NCBI GenBank assembly: GCA_963707985.1 | Contig: CAVPRW010000042.1 | Coordinates: forward strand, 260,555 to 324,554 | DNA from: an uncultured Nitrospinota bacterium | GTDB taxonomy: Bacteria; Tectomicrobia; Entotheonellia; J063; CAVPRW01 | Direction of reading: 5' to 3' | Length of the DNA: 64,000 bases | Shown: piece after piece, positions 10,746 to 20,463 of the stretch | Position numbering within the stretch: position 1 is the first letter of the stretch | Layout: every line of letters starts with the position of its first letter | Position numbers and translations under genes: made by a program | Notes under the pieces: model-generated | Told to the model about the DNA's origin: nothing | Seen by the model: the letters and a program-made list of their open reading frames with translations, nothing else | The model's database searches: none

Positions 10746-11150
10746 TCAAAAAAGGGACAGCGTTCGTACCTGCCAATCACGATCAGTGTAATAGCTGACT
10801 GCGGTGGGCGTGACCCGTAACACCTTTCCCATTCGGCGCGTTTTGGTCCGAAAAGCCGGCAGCCGAAAGACGGCACGCAACAGGGTGGGAATTTCACGGG
10901 CACGTGAATCTGCTAGTGCAAAGCAGGCCACACAAAAGCGGTCGTCGATGGCTACTTTGCGCCAAAAGTCGGTTTCGTTAATCGTCAGGAAGGTCGCCTG
11001 ACGCTGTTGATGGAGCAAGGCAGGAATGACATCGTCTTTGATTACCGTGCCAGGTCGCAAATCGGTAATGAAAAGCACCGGGCCGGGATACCAACGAGCG
11101 AGCACCGTTTCGAGGTCGCGTCCGGAGAGTTGTTCGTCCAGCACCAACAT
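10746..11150 (-). CDS. PIN-like toxin (DUF5615/VapC45-like) of a TA pair
   Basis: LVLDEQL...IKDD.I...FLTINETDF; translationally coupled (TAATG) to the DUF433 gene. Confidence 0.7.
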   Translation of the reverse strand: MLVLDEQLSGRDLETVLARWYPGPVLFITDLRPGTVIKDDVIPALLHQQRQATFLTINETDFWRKVAIDDRFCVACFALADSRAREIPTLLRAVFRLPAFRTKTRRMGKVLRVTPTAVSYYTDRDWQVRTLSLF

Positions 11151-11449
11151 TAGGTCGGCTCAAGGGCAGGTAAAGTTTGCAAGAAGCTGGATGTCACGAC
11201 CTGGATGGCTTCCATCACTGCTTCACGAGAGATACGCCCACCATAACCAGCTACAATCTCCTCAAGACTCTCACCAGCCGCTATGCGGTCGAGCGCACCA
11301 GTAATCTCAATGCGGGTATACTTGAACGTTGGGCGTCCACCGCAGACCCCCGCCGCACGCACGACATACTCGCCCATGGGGTAGTATTGGTATGGTTCGC
11401 CGTTCACCACTTCCGTGATCAACTTGGCTGTCATCATGGTCTCCCACAT
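11150..11449 (-). CDS. DUF433 antitoxin
   Basis: GVCGGRPTFKYTRI..L..IAAGES.EEI...Y..ISREAV.EAI. Confidence 0.85.
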   Translation of the reverse strand: MWETMMTAKLITEVVNGEPYQYYPMGEYVVRAAGVCGGRPTFKYTRIEITGALDRIAAGESLEEIVAGYGGRISREAVMEAIQVVTSSFLQTLPALEPT

Positions 11450-11731
11450 GTGTACTAAGGATCAGCTTGCTGGATGAAGCGTTCTCCGAATAGGCCTCCT
11501 TGTCGCACGGGGAAATGCCTGGATACGTGGAACCTACACAATCCACAGACGCCCATACCCAAACCCCCTCACCGCGGGAGAGAAAGTCATCGCGCTTTGC
11601 TCTTCGGGCCGCGGCCGATGACCTTTGTCGCATATGCCTCTTTATCCGACAGCGACGCGAGGTAATTAATCTCACACGGCGGGACCCGAGGGCACAGGCG
11701 AACGTGCACTTCGCCCCCTCGACTCTAACCT

Positions 11732-13329
11732 CTACGACTTCAGCTGCACATCCTCATAGGGACCTGAGTAGGCGAACGTCGGAATCAAGCCCATGCCAGA
11801 GACCGCTGCCCGCGGCCCTGAGGCGCACAGGAACCCCAACTCCCAGATCGGGATGAAGCGAGCCTCGTCGTGCAGCTTCTGCTGGATCTTGTGTAGCAAC
11901 GCTTGGCGCTTCTGGCGGTCGCGTTCGACCGCCTGCTGAGTAGTACCAGGCATCGATTTCCTCGTCTTTAATCCACGACTGTTGCCCCTTGCTGTACACA
12001 AAAGCGTCAATGCGAGTTGCCGCGTTTCCAAAGGCACCGCTTCCCTGGAAGGCGAGATTTTTATAGGTCTTCTCACGCAGTGCGGCCTGGTGGGCCGCAC
12101 GCTCCATGGGACGCACTTTGGCCCGGATTCCCACCGCACTGAGATCGTTGACCATGGCCTCAATCACGCCACTATAGACACTATCGACATGGCATTCCCC
12201 GGCGTCGAAACCGTTGGCATACCCTGCTTCTTTCAGCAATTGGCGGGCCTTGGTCGGATCAAAGGTGTACGGTTCGAGTGGCAGGGCATAGTCGAACCGG
12301 CGTGGGATAATGCTTCCGGTCAGTTCCGACCGACCAAGAGTCTCCGCCTCGTTAGCGGTTTGTCGGTTGAAGGCCAGATTGGCCGCCAGGCGTACGCGTT
12401 GGTCGGCCCACGGGGACTTGGGATCATATTGGTCGTAGGTGAATAGAATCCATTGGGTCGCAATGATCGGCGCTTCCAGCTTCAAGTTTGGATCGCGCTG
12501 CACCTCCTCAGCGAGGGCACCGAGGATTCCGTATGCCACATCGGCCTCCTGCTTCTTCAGCATCGCCAAACGGGTAGTGGCCTCGGGGACGCTCTTCATC
12601 ACCAAGCGTTTGACGTGCGGTACCTTGCGCCAATAGTCCGTATTGGCCTCGAAAATCACCTCTACCCCCGGTTGATGGCTCACAAAACGGTAAGGTCCTA
12701 AGCCAATGGGCTGATTCTTGAATTCCGCCTCTCCGACTTTCAGGAGGTAGTTTTTCGGCACGATCCATCCGGCCCCAGTGGCCGGCGTGCCGTAAAAGGT
12801 CATGAAATCGGGCCACGGCTCATGCAGATGAAAGCGGACGTGAAGCGGGTTCACCACTTCGACGTTCTTGACCTTTTTTTTCAGCTCCCCGGCCCCAGCC
12901 CCTTTGAAGCGCTCAAAGCTAAATTGCACATCCTCAGCGGTGAACGGATCGCCGTTATGGAATTTCACCCCCTGGCGCAGTTCGAAGTCGTACGCACAGC
13001 CCATCGGCGCTATCATTCCACTTGGTGGCCAGGCTTGGCGCCATCGGATTGTCGGGCATCGGTTTTAGCAAGGCATCGTGCAGCGCATAGAGGAACATGA
13101 AGGGCGTGATGATTCCCGGCGTCTCCGCAGGGTCAAACCAGACCGGCGCAATGGTGACATGAATCGCCCAGGTCATTTGTCCACTGGGCTCGTCTTTTTT
13201 GGCAGGGGCCGCCAGCAGTGGGCCCCAGCCATGAAGCCAGGCCGGTAATCCAGCCATCCCAGCTGTGGTCGCCTGGAGAAATCGGCGTCGGGAAAGGGAT
13301 GGGCTCTGATGGATGGGACGATGGACCAT
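11732..13329 (-). CDS. ABC peptide/nickel (family 5) substrate-binding protein with Tat signal; frameshifts ~13020 and ~11940
   Basis: SRRRFLQ Tat motif; FELRQGVKFHNGDPFTAEDVQFSF; PIGLGPY; C-terminus continues in ORF 11732. Confidence 0.85.
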
Positions 13330-13458
13330 ATACCATCTCCTGCGGGCTTACCCGCGGCAGTTCCTTGCACCACTGAAACGCTAACATCATACATCGCTAT
13401 CCCTTGATCATAACCAATTTTGCATGATACGTCAAAGCCTTAGCATGTACCAGCGGCG

Positions 13459-13650
13459 TCTCACCGGGAGGACAACAAACACCCAAAGTCTCCGCAGTGC
13501 AGGCATACGCATCTCGCGGACCGGGGTTATGTTCCGGGGAGGCGACCCGACTGAAGCCCTGGTTCATCTGCTGTCACAGCAGACGTAGCGGGTTGTCTCC
13601 TCAGTGTAGGGGAGCAGGGAGATTGGTCGCATGGACAGCGCCATGAGAGG
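13459..13650 (-). ncRNA. ssrS: Probable 6S RNA
   Basis: Minus strand ~190 nt folds by eye into a rod: closing stem CCAATCTCC..TGC / GCA..GGAGACTTTGG, pyrimidine-rich bubble CCCCTACACT, inner stem GAGG..ACCCG / CGGGT..CCTC, terminal hairpins TCTGCTG-TGA-CAGCAGA and TGAACC..TTCA; ends approximate, no covariance search run. Confidence 0.55.
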
Positions 13651-13664
13651 TAAAACGCTTGTCG

Positions 13665-14006
13665 CTAGATAATATTTTCGCGCTGCAGCGCCGCTGCCAT
13701 GTGGGGAAGGACGGGGTCTTTGTGCATCGCCTCGGCCCAGATGTCGAACTCCGCCACCGGATCGGTGCGATGTACGGCGATATCCTCCGCATCATGCAAG
13801 CGATCCGCACGCTGATCGTAGATGAGCTCAAGGTCGAGATAGCGATCGATGATTACGCCCAGTCCTGGCTCAGCGCATTCATAGACCGTAAAGCGCATCA
13901 TACCTTCGGGCAAGCTCTCGGGGTCAGACACTTCTTGCACCCAGGCACGTTTCGCCTCATCGGTCGCACGTCGGTCCCGTTGTGCCCGAAATTCCGCCAG
14001 CGTCAT
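13665..14006 (-). CDS. Hypothetical protein
   Basis: GGGAGGG RBS before the ATG; 113 aa, acidic, no known motif. Confidence 0.6.
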   Translation of the reverse strand: MTLAEFRAQRDRRATDEAKRAWVQEVSDPESLPEGMMRFTVYECAEPGLGVIIDRYLDLELIYDQRADRLHDAEDIAVHRTDPVAEFDIWAEAMHKDPVLPHMAAALQRENII

Positions 14007-14341
14007 AGGCCCTCCCGATCATGGAATTTTCGATGGTGAGATAAATTACAGACATTCCTACCACGCTTACCTCTGGCTTTGCCCGCCAGAGAAGCAAGGA
14101 GACATGATGATAGGGCTGCCCTTTATCCGGCCAAGGAGTGCGTCATCATAGCAGCCTCGTGGGGAGGTACTATACTGAGAAACCCGTAAAAAAGGTAGCG
14201 GCAAAGCGCCGCCTTGGGAAGCCATGCCATCGCACTGGCGTCGCAATACGGTGGAGGAGCCGCTGAATTTTGCATCGGCTTGACCTCCCGGAGGACCGCG
14301 GCTACAATGCGCCTATTCGCATGCAGGCTGGGGGAAACGAG

Positions 14342-15262
14342 ATGATCGCAGTGCTTGCGGGTGGCGTCGGTGCCGCAAAATTCTTGCAAGGTTTGGTGGA
14401 AGTGGTGGAGCCCCATGAGCTGATCATTATCGGCAACACCGGTGATGACATCGATCTACATGGCCTGCATATCTCACCCGATCTCGACATCGTGACCTAC
14501 ACCTTGGCCGGTCTGCACGACGCCGACCAGGGATGGGGGATTCGGGGGGATACCTTCCATACACTGGAGATGCTCGGGCGCTATGGTCATGCAACCTGGT
14601 TCAACCTCGGCGATTATGACCTGGCCACGCACATTCATCGGAGCGAACGATTGCGCCACGGTTGGCCCTTATCGGCCATCACGGATGAGATCAGACGAGC
14701 CCTGGGCGTGGTGCCGCACATTCTCCCGATGACCGATCAACGCGCCGAAACCAAAATCGTCACCGACGAAGGTGTGCTCCACTTCCAAGAATATCTGGTG
14801 CAACGGCGCACCGAGCCAGCTGTACAGGGTGTGATCTATGAGGGGATTGAGGTGGCCAGACCCGCCCCCGGGGTCTGTGAAGCCATCCAGAAGGCTGACG
14901 GTATTATCATTCCACCGAGCAACCCCATCGTCAGCATCGGCACCATTCTCGCCGTCCCAGGTGTGCAGCAAGCTCTGGCCGCCAGACGTGGTCGGGTGGT
15001 GGCGGTGAGTCCAATTGTGCAGGGGGCCACCCTCAAAGGGCCGGCGGATAAGCTCATGGTCGCGTTAGGGTACGAGGCCAGTGCGCTAGGTGTGGCACGC
15101 TACTATGGCGCCCTGCTCGATGCCTTTGTCCTCGATACGCTCGATCGGCCCTTAGAAGAGTCGGTGCGTCAGCTGGACATCGGGGTTCAAGTCCTGAACA
15201 CCATTATGAGCGGCCCGGCGGAACGATGCGCCTTGGCGAAGGCTGTGGTTGGGATGTTGTGA
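14342..15262 (+). CDS. cofD: 2-phospho-L-lactate transferase (F420 biosynthesis)
   Basis: LAGGVGAAKF, NTGDD..LHGL.ISPDLD, WFNLGD.DLATH, PSNP.VSI. Confidence 0.95.
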   Translation: MIAVLAGGVGAAKFLQGLVEVVEPHELIIIGNTGDDIDLHGLHISPDLDIVTYTLAGLHDADQGWGIRGDTFHTLEMLGRYGHATWFNLGDYDLATHIHRSERLRHGWPLSAITDEIRRALGVVPHILPMTDQRAETKIVTDEGVLHFQEYLVQRRTEPAVQGVIYEGIEVARPAPGVCEAIQKADGIIIPPSNPIVSIGTILAVPGVQQALAARRGRVVAVSPIVQGATLKGPADKLMVALGYEASALGVARYYGALLDAFVLDTLDRPLEESVRQLDIGVQVLNTIMSGPAERCALAKAVVGML

Positions 15263-15314
15263 ATGTGCCCTTTCCCTCTGAGAGAGGGGGTGAGGGGGAA
15301 AGCCCTGGTCAACC

Positions 15315-15968
15315 ATGCACTATGCCCTGATACCGGTGAAGGATTTGACCCAGGCGAAGGTCAGGCTGTCGCCGCTCCTGTCGCCAGTTGAACGCTACAC
15401 CCTGGCCAGCGCCATGCTTGATGATGTGCTCACGGCCGTCCGGCAAGCCTCGACGCTTGAACGTATCGCCCTGGTGACGACGGACCCTTATGCCCTCGCT
15501 CTGGCGGCGCAGTGGGGATTTGAGGTGGTCGATGAAGGATCGGGACGGGGTGAGACCGGCGCGGTCGAATTGGCCGTCAAAGTCTGCCGGGAGCGTGGAG
15601 CCAGTTCCCTGGCGGTGATTCCCGGCGATATCCCGCTGCTCACCGCGGCCGATGTCGATGACGTCTTGGAGCACGGCCGACTCTATGATGTCGTCATTGT
15701 CCCGTCCTGGGATAGCCGCGGCACCAATGCGGTCCTGATGCGCCCGCCTGACGCCTTACAGCTGCGCTTCGGCTCCTGGAGCTTTTTCCCACACGTGAAG
15801 CAAGCCAAGCGCAAGGGGTTTTCCTACAAAGTGGCGCGACTGCCACGCGTGGCGCTGGATGTCGACACTCCGGAAGATCTGGCCCGTCTGGTACCGCAGG
15901 CCATGGGTACGAGAAGCTATGCCGTATTGGAGGAGATGGGAGTACTACACCGCATCCAGGGACTTTAG
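15315..15968 (+). CDS. cofC: 2-phospho-L-lactate/PEP guanylyltransferase
   Basis: IPVK...AK.RL, PGDIPL, GTNA, LDVDTPEDL. Confidence 0.93.
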   Translation: MHYALIPVKDLTQAKVRLSPLLSPVERYTLASAMLDDVLTAVRQASTLERIALVTTDPYALALAAQWGFEVVDEGSGRGETGAVELAVKVCRERGASSLAVIPGDIPLLTAADVDDVLEHGRLYDVVIVPSWDSRGTNAVLMRPPDALQLRFGSWSFFPHVKQAKRKGFSYKVARLPRVALDVDTPEDLARLVPQAMGTRSYAVLEEMGVLHRIQGL

Positions 15969-16031
15969 AACCCGCTGGGTGCGGTGGGATAGCGAAGACG
16001 GTCCGCAACAGCGGAGAAGGGACGGTCCGTT

Positions 16032-16787
16032 ATGGCTTCCGAAGTACGAATCATCGGATTGCAGGGACTGCCGGACATCACACCGGGGACGGATCTCGCC
16101 CAGGTCATCGTTGACGCGGCGCTGGCCCAAGATCTCACCTTTGTCAGCGGCGACATCCTGGTCGTCACCCAGAAAATCGTTTCCAAGGCTGAGGGTCAAT
16201 TGGTGGATCTCCACACGGTCACCCCTTCGCCTTTCGCCGTGCAGGTTGCAAAGGTACAGGAGAAAGATCCCCAGATCGTTGAAGTAGTCCTGCGCGAAAG
16301 CAGGCGCGTGGTGCGAATGGCCCAGCGTACGATCATCGCTGAGACTCATCACGGGTTTATCTGCGCCCACGCCGGCGTGGATGAGTCGAATGTCGCTGGG
16401 GAGGGGACCGTGGCCTTATTGCCAGTGGACTCCGACGCTTCGGCGCGCCAACTGCGACAGGACATTCACCAGCGCACGGGAGTAGAATTGGCCGTGATCA
16501 TTTCGGATACGTTTGGACGGCCATGGCGCGAGGGTTTGGTCAATGTCGCCATCGGCATCGCCGGGATGACGCCGTTCAAAGATTATCGCGGCCTGCCGGA
16601 CACCGAAGGACGTATTCTGAAAGTGACGACTTTGGCCGTGGCGGATGAATTGGCGTCGGCGGCAGAGCTGGTTATGGGCAAGCTGGATCGGGTACCCGTG
16701 GCGCTCATCCGGGGTTATCTGTATACACCGGGCGAAGGGGCGGCCACACAGATGCTACGCGCGTCTGAAAGAGACCTGTTTCGGTAA
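16032..16787 (+). CDS. cofE: Coenzyme F420-0:L-glutamate ligase
   Basis: KIVSKAEG, AGVDESN, ISDTFGRPWREG, ADELASAAELVMGK. Confidence 0.95.
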   Translation: MASEVRIIGLQGLPDITPGTDLAQVIVDAALAQDLTFVSGDILVVTQKIVSKAEGQLVDLHTVTPSPFAVQVAKVQEKDPQIVEVVLRESRRVVRMAQRTIIAETHHGFICAHAGVDESNVAGEGTVALLPVDSDASARQLRQDIHQRTGVELAVIISDTFGRPWREGLVNVAIGIAGMTPFKDYRGLPDTEGRILKVTTLAVADELASAAELVMGKLDRVPVALIRGYLYTPGEGAATQMLRASERDLFR

Positions 16788-16801
16788 TCAGGGGGAAGAC
16801 G

Positions 16802-17455
16802 GTGAAAATCGCAATCTTGGGTGGCACAGGAGAGCAGGGGCCTGGGCTGGCGCTACGCTGGGCCATGGCCGGGGAAGAGGTGATCATCGGCTCGCGCAGC
16901 CAGGAACGTGCTGAGAAGGTTGCGGCGGAGCTGAATGCCGAGCTCGGTCAGGCGCACATCCGTGGTCTGGAGAATCCCCAGGCAGCCGAGGCGGCCGAGA
17001 TCATCGTCTTGACGGTGCCCTACACGGCCCACCTCAGCACATTAGAGAGCGTCAAAAGTCAGGCTCAGGGCAAAATCCTCATCGACGTGTCGGTACCTCT
17101 CGACCCCGATAATCCACGTCGTATGAAAATGCCCGCGTCCGGGTCTGCGACCGAAGAGGCGCAAGCGTTTTTGGGGACTGAGACCAAAGTCGTGGCAGCG
17201 TTTCAGAACGTCTCCGCCCACTTGCTCCGCGATGCCAAGCATGTCATCGACTGCGATGTGCTGATGTGCGGCAATGATGTCGAGGCCAAAAAAACCGTCA
17301 TGGGCCTGGTGACCAAAATGGGTTTGCACGCCTATGACGTGGGACCCGCCGAGAGCGCCCGCGTCGTTGAAGGCCTGACGTCCATTCTGATTCGCTTGAA
17401 TATCCGCCATAAGGTGAAGGGATCCGGGATCCGCCTCACCGGTTTGCCGCGCTAG
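16802..17455 (+). CDS. npdG: F420-dependent NADP oxidoreductase
   Basis: KIAILGGTGEQG.GLA.R, IGSR, AAFQNVSA, VEGLT..LI.LN. Confidence 0.92.
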   Translation: MKIAILGGTGEQGPGLALRWAMAGEEVIIGSRSQERAEKVAAELNAELGQAHIRGLENPQAAEAAEIIVLTVPYTAHLSTLESVKSQAQGKILIDVSVPLDPDNPRRMKMPASGSATEEAQAFLGTETKVVAAFQNVSAHLLRDAKHVIDCDVLMCGNDVEAKKTVMGLVTKMGLHAYDVGPAESARVVEGLTSILIRLNIRHKVKGSGIRLTGLPR

Positions 17456-17514
17456 AGGAGGGTCTTGAGCGCGTGACATGTCGAGGCGAATCATGCCGAC
17501 GGGGCGCTAACGGA

Positions 17515-19842
17515 TCAGGGTGCTGCGTCAGCTCTGACGACCTGCATGGCACGCCAGATCTTTTCCGCCGTTAGCGGCGTATCGAGATGGCGCACGCCGA
17601 AGCCGGACAGCGCATTCACCACCGCATTGGCCAATGCTGCGGGCGGTGGCACTGTTGAGACGGAGCCAATACCTTTGGCTCCCAGAGGGTTGGTGGGTGA
17701 CGGCGTCTCCAGGGTGTCCAGGATCAGGTGGGGAATGTCCGGGGCCTTAGGGATGGCATAATCCAGCAGACTGCCGGTCAACGGTTGGCCCGTCTCGCTG
17801 TAGACCATGCCTTCGCTCAGGGCTTGGCCAATCCCCTGGGCAATGCCGCCGAGGATTTGCCCCTCGACGAGCTTCGGGTTGACAATCTGTCCACAATCAT
17901 GGACTCCGACGTAACGCAGGATTTTGACCTCGCCGGTGGCTCGATCGATCTCCACCACCACGGCATGGGCGCCAAACGAGATGGGCGCGTTTGGCAAGGT
18001 ATATCCGGCGCTAAAGTCCAGCCCGCTGTCAACCCCCGCCGGTAGTAGTTCCCCAGCATAGGCGGCCGTCGCCAGCTGTGAAAAGGTCATGTGCACCTCA
18101 GGCTTCTGGCGATTGAACACGCGCCCATCCTCGAAGCGGACGTTCTCGGCGGCACAGCTCAACAACTGAGAGGCGAGCCGCTGCAGTGTCTGACGGGCTT
18201 CCTGGGCCACGGCATACACGGCTGAACCACCAACGATGAGACCGCGGCTGGCACTGGTCCCCTCGCCGAAGGGCACGATCGCCGTGTCCCCATGCTGGAC
18301 CCGCACCTGTGAGGGAGGTACGCCCAGCGCATCGGCGACGATCTGCGCGAATGAGGTCGCATTTCCCTGACCATGCGGCGAGATCCCGGTATAGACGGTG
18401 ATCTGGCCCGAAGGCTCGATGGTGATGCGGGCCCTCTCGATGCGATGATCTCCAGCAGCCCCGGAGGATTTGGTAAAGGTCGCCAGGCCGATCCCGAGGA
18501 GAGGCTCATCCGACTTTCGCCGCCCAGCCTTCTCTTGCCAGCCGGCGTAATCGAGCAGCTCCAGGGCACGGTCGAGACCCTGGCGATACTGCCCCGAGTC
18601 ATAGGTGAGCCCAGCAGCACTCTGATATGGGAAGGCATCAGGGGGAATGAAGTTGCGCCGTCGCACCTCGGCCGGGTCCAAGGCCAGGTCTCGGGCGATC
18701 AGGTCCATCGTGCGCTCGACACAAAACGCCGCTTCCGGGCTACCGGTACCGCGATATGCACCAGTCGGGGTCTTATTGGTAATGGCACCGAGCAGTTCCA
18801 GATCGACGGCCGGGATATGATACGGCCCGGTGATACGTCGCACCGCATTGAATGGGGCCGAGGAAGTTGTGAGAAGAAAGTAAGCCCCGATGTCCGCCAC
18901 GACACGCACACGCATCCCCAGGAGCACTCCATCGCCCCGCACTGCCGCTTCGATGGCTAGACTCATGCCGCGGCCATGATACGCCAGCATATCTTCGCGC
19001 CGCTCCTCCACCCATTTCACGGGTCTTCCGAGCTGCATGGCGAGATAGGGGATCAGGACATCTTCGGGGAAGATGCAATCTTTGATGCCGAAACTGCCGC
19101 CGACATCCGGCGCCACCACCCGCACCGTCTGTTCCGGCTGGTTCAGCAGGCGGCATAAGTAGTGCTTGACGCGCTGTGCAGCTTGGGTTGAGTTCCAGAC
19201 GGTTAAGAGATTTTCCTGAGGCTGATAATGCGCCACGACTCCGCGCGTTTCCATCGGGGCTGGGGCCAGACGTGGCACCACGTAGCGCTGGCGAATCACC
19301 CGGTCGGCCTGCGCGAACGCGGCCTCCACATCGCCTGCACGCTGGCGGACGCGCATGGCCACGTTGGTGCCGAGTGCCTCATGAATGACTGCCGCCTGGC
19401 TCTGCACGGCCAGCTCGGGATCGAGAACTGGAGCTAAGGGCTCATAGTCGATGGCGATACCCTCGATTGCATCCCTGGCGACAGCAGCATCCTGAGCCAC
19501 CACCACGGCAACGGCTTGCCCGACGTAACAGGCTTTGTCCTTCGCCAGCAAGGGGTGCTCGGGAGGGTGCAACTCATCCACGGCGCGCTCGCCGGTCATG
19601 GCACGCGTGGGAATATCCGGCAAGACACCGGCAATATCCGCGCCGGTCAAGATGGCGATCACACCCGGCAGGCTTCTGGCGGCAGACAGGTCGATAGACC
19701 GGATGCGGGCGTGCGCGTATGGACTCCGCAGCACTGCGGCGTGGAGCAGGTCCGGGAGCTTGATGTCATCCACGAAGGCGCCACGGCCCGTTATCAGCTT
19801 AGGGTCTTCGAAGCGCTTGACTGGCTGGCCGACGTAGTTCAC
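17515..19842 (-). CDS. Solo xanthine dehydrogenase-family Mo-binding subunit (CoxL form II-like loop AYRGTG)
   Basis: DVGGSFG.K, GAYRGTGSPEA, SPHGQG, GQI.GG, GAKGIGS. Confidence 0.9.
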   Translation of the reverse strand: MNYVGQPVKRFEDPKLITGRGAFVDDIKLPDLLHAAVLRSPYAHARIRSIDLSAARSLPGVIAILTGADIAGVLPDIPTRAMTGERAVDELHPPEHPLLAKDKACYVGQAVAVVVAQDAAVARDAIEGIAIDYEPLAPVLDPELAVQSQAAVIHEALGTNVAMRVRQRAGDVEAAFAQADRVIRQRYVVPRLAPAPMETRGVVAHYQPQENLLTVWNSTQAAQRVKHYLCRLLNQPEQTVRVVAPDVGGSFGIKDCIFPEDVLIPYLAMQLGRPVKWVEERREDMLAYHGRGMSLAIEAAVRGDGVLLGMRVRVVADIGAYFLLTTSSAPFNAVRRITGPYHIPAVDLELLGAITNKTPTGAYRGTGSPEAAFCVERTMDLIARDLALDPAEVRRRNFIPPDAFPYQSAAGLTYDSGQYRQGLDRALELLDYAGWQEKAGRRKSDEPLLGIGLATFTKSSGAAGDHRIERARITIEPSGQITVYTGISPHGQGNATSFAQIVADALGVPPSQVRVQHGDTAIVPFGEGTSASRGLIVGGSAVYAVAQEARQTLQRLASQLLSCAAENVRFEDGRVFNRQKPEVHMTFSQLATAAYAGELLPAGVDSGLDFSAGYTLPNAPISFGAHAVVVEIDRATGEVKILRYVGVHDCGQIVNPKLVEGQILGGIAQGIGQALSEGMVYSETGQPLTGSLLDYAIPKAPDIPHLILDTLETPSPTNPLGAKGIGSVSTVPPPAALANAVVNALSGFGVRHLDTPLTAEKIWRAMQVVRADAAP

Positions 19843-19904
19843 CCTGTGTCTCCTCGTCCGTGATGATAGCAGCTCTGTGAAGGTGAGAATAGCTGTGTAG
19901 GCGG

Positions 19905-20159
19905 TTACGAAATAAGATCAAGCCGCCTGAGGTCGTTTTCAGTCCAGCGGGCTCCTCCGAGTACATTGCGAAGCGTTCCTAGTGGAAGGGTATCACTGGA
20001 GTGGTGGTAATGAATTACCACTCGCCGGCCATCGGGATGGCGATACACCCTGCCGGATCCTCTGAGCCGCCGGTAGATGAAGCCATCTTGTTCTAGTGCG
20101 CCAATCAGTTCTCGTACTGGTATATTGCGAATCAGTTGGAGCAGGTGAGGAGGGATCAT
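19905..20159 (-). CDS. hicA: HicA-family toxin
   Basis: LE.DGF..R.RGS...YRHPDGRRVVI.YH..DTLP.GTL. Confidence 0.85.
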   Translation of the reverse strand: MIPPHLLQLIRNIPVRELIGALEQDGFIYRRLRGSGRVYRHPDGRRVVIHYHHSSDTLPLGTLRNVLGGARWTENDLRRLDLIS

Positions 20160-20389
20160 AGAGTGAAGGTAACCACTGGAGCCTCAACCCCCTTCATCCC
20201 TTCTTGAGGCAGCTCCTCCCCTGCATCCAGCATGTCCTCGACGTATGCTTCAGCCGCGTCTTTGATCGCCGCTAGTGCTTCTTCCCTGTTATAGCCCCAG
20301 GCAGTACATCCCGGTAACGCCTCGATCCAGGCGCTCCAGCGGCCGTCTTCTTCTCGGTGGATTTCAACCTCAAAGATATAGGTTTTCAT
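20156..20389 (-). CDS. hicB: HicB-family antitoxin
   Basis: MKTYIFEVEIHREEDGRWSAWIEALPGCTAWG..EEAL; own GGAAGGG RBS; overlaps hicA start. Confidence 0.88.
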   Translation of the reverse strand: MKTYIFEVEIHREEDGRWSAWIEALPGCTAWGYNREEALAAIKDAAEAYVEDMLDAGEELPQEGMKGVEAPVVTFTL

Positions 20390-20463
20390 CCCTTCCTCCC
20401 TCAGTAGAGATGTAGCGGTGAACATTCCTCTACCGAGAGTATAGGAAACATCAGGAGGTTGCG

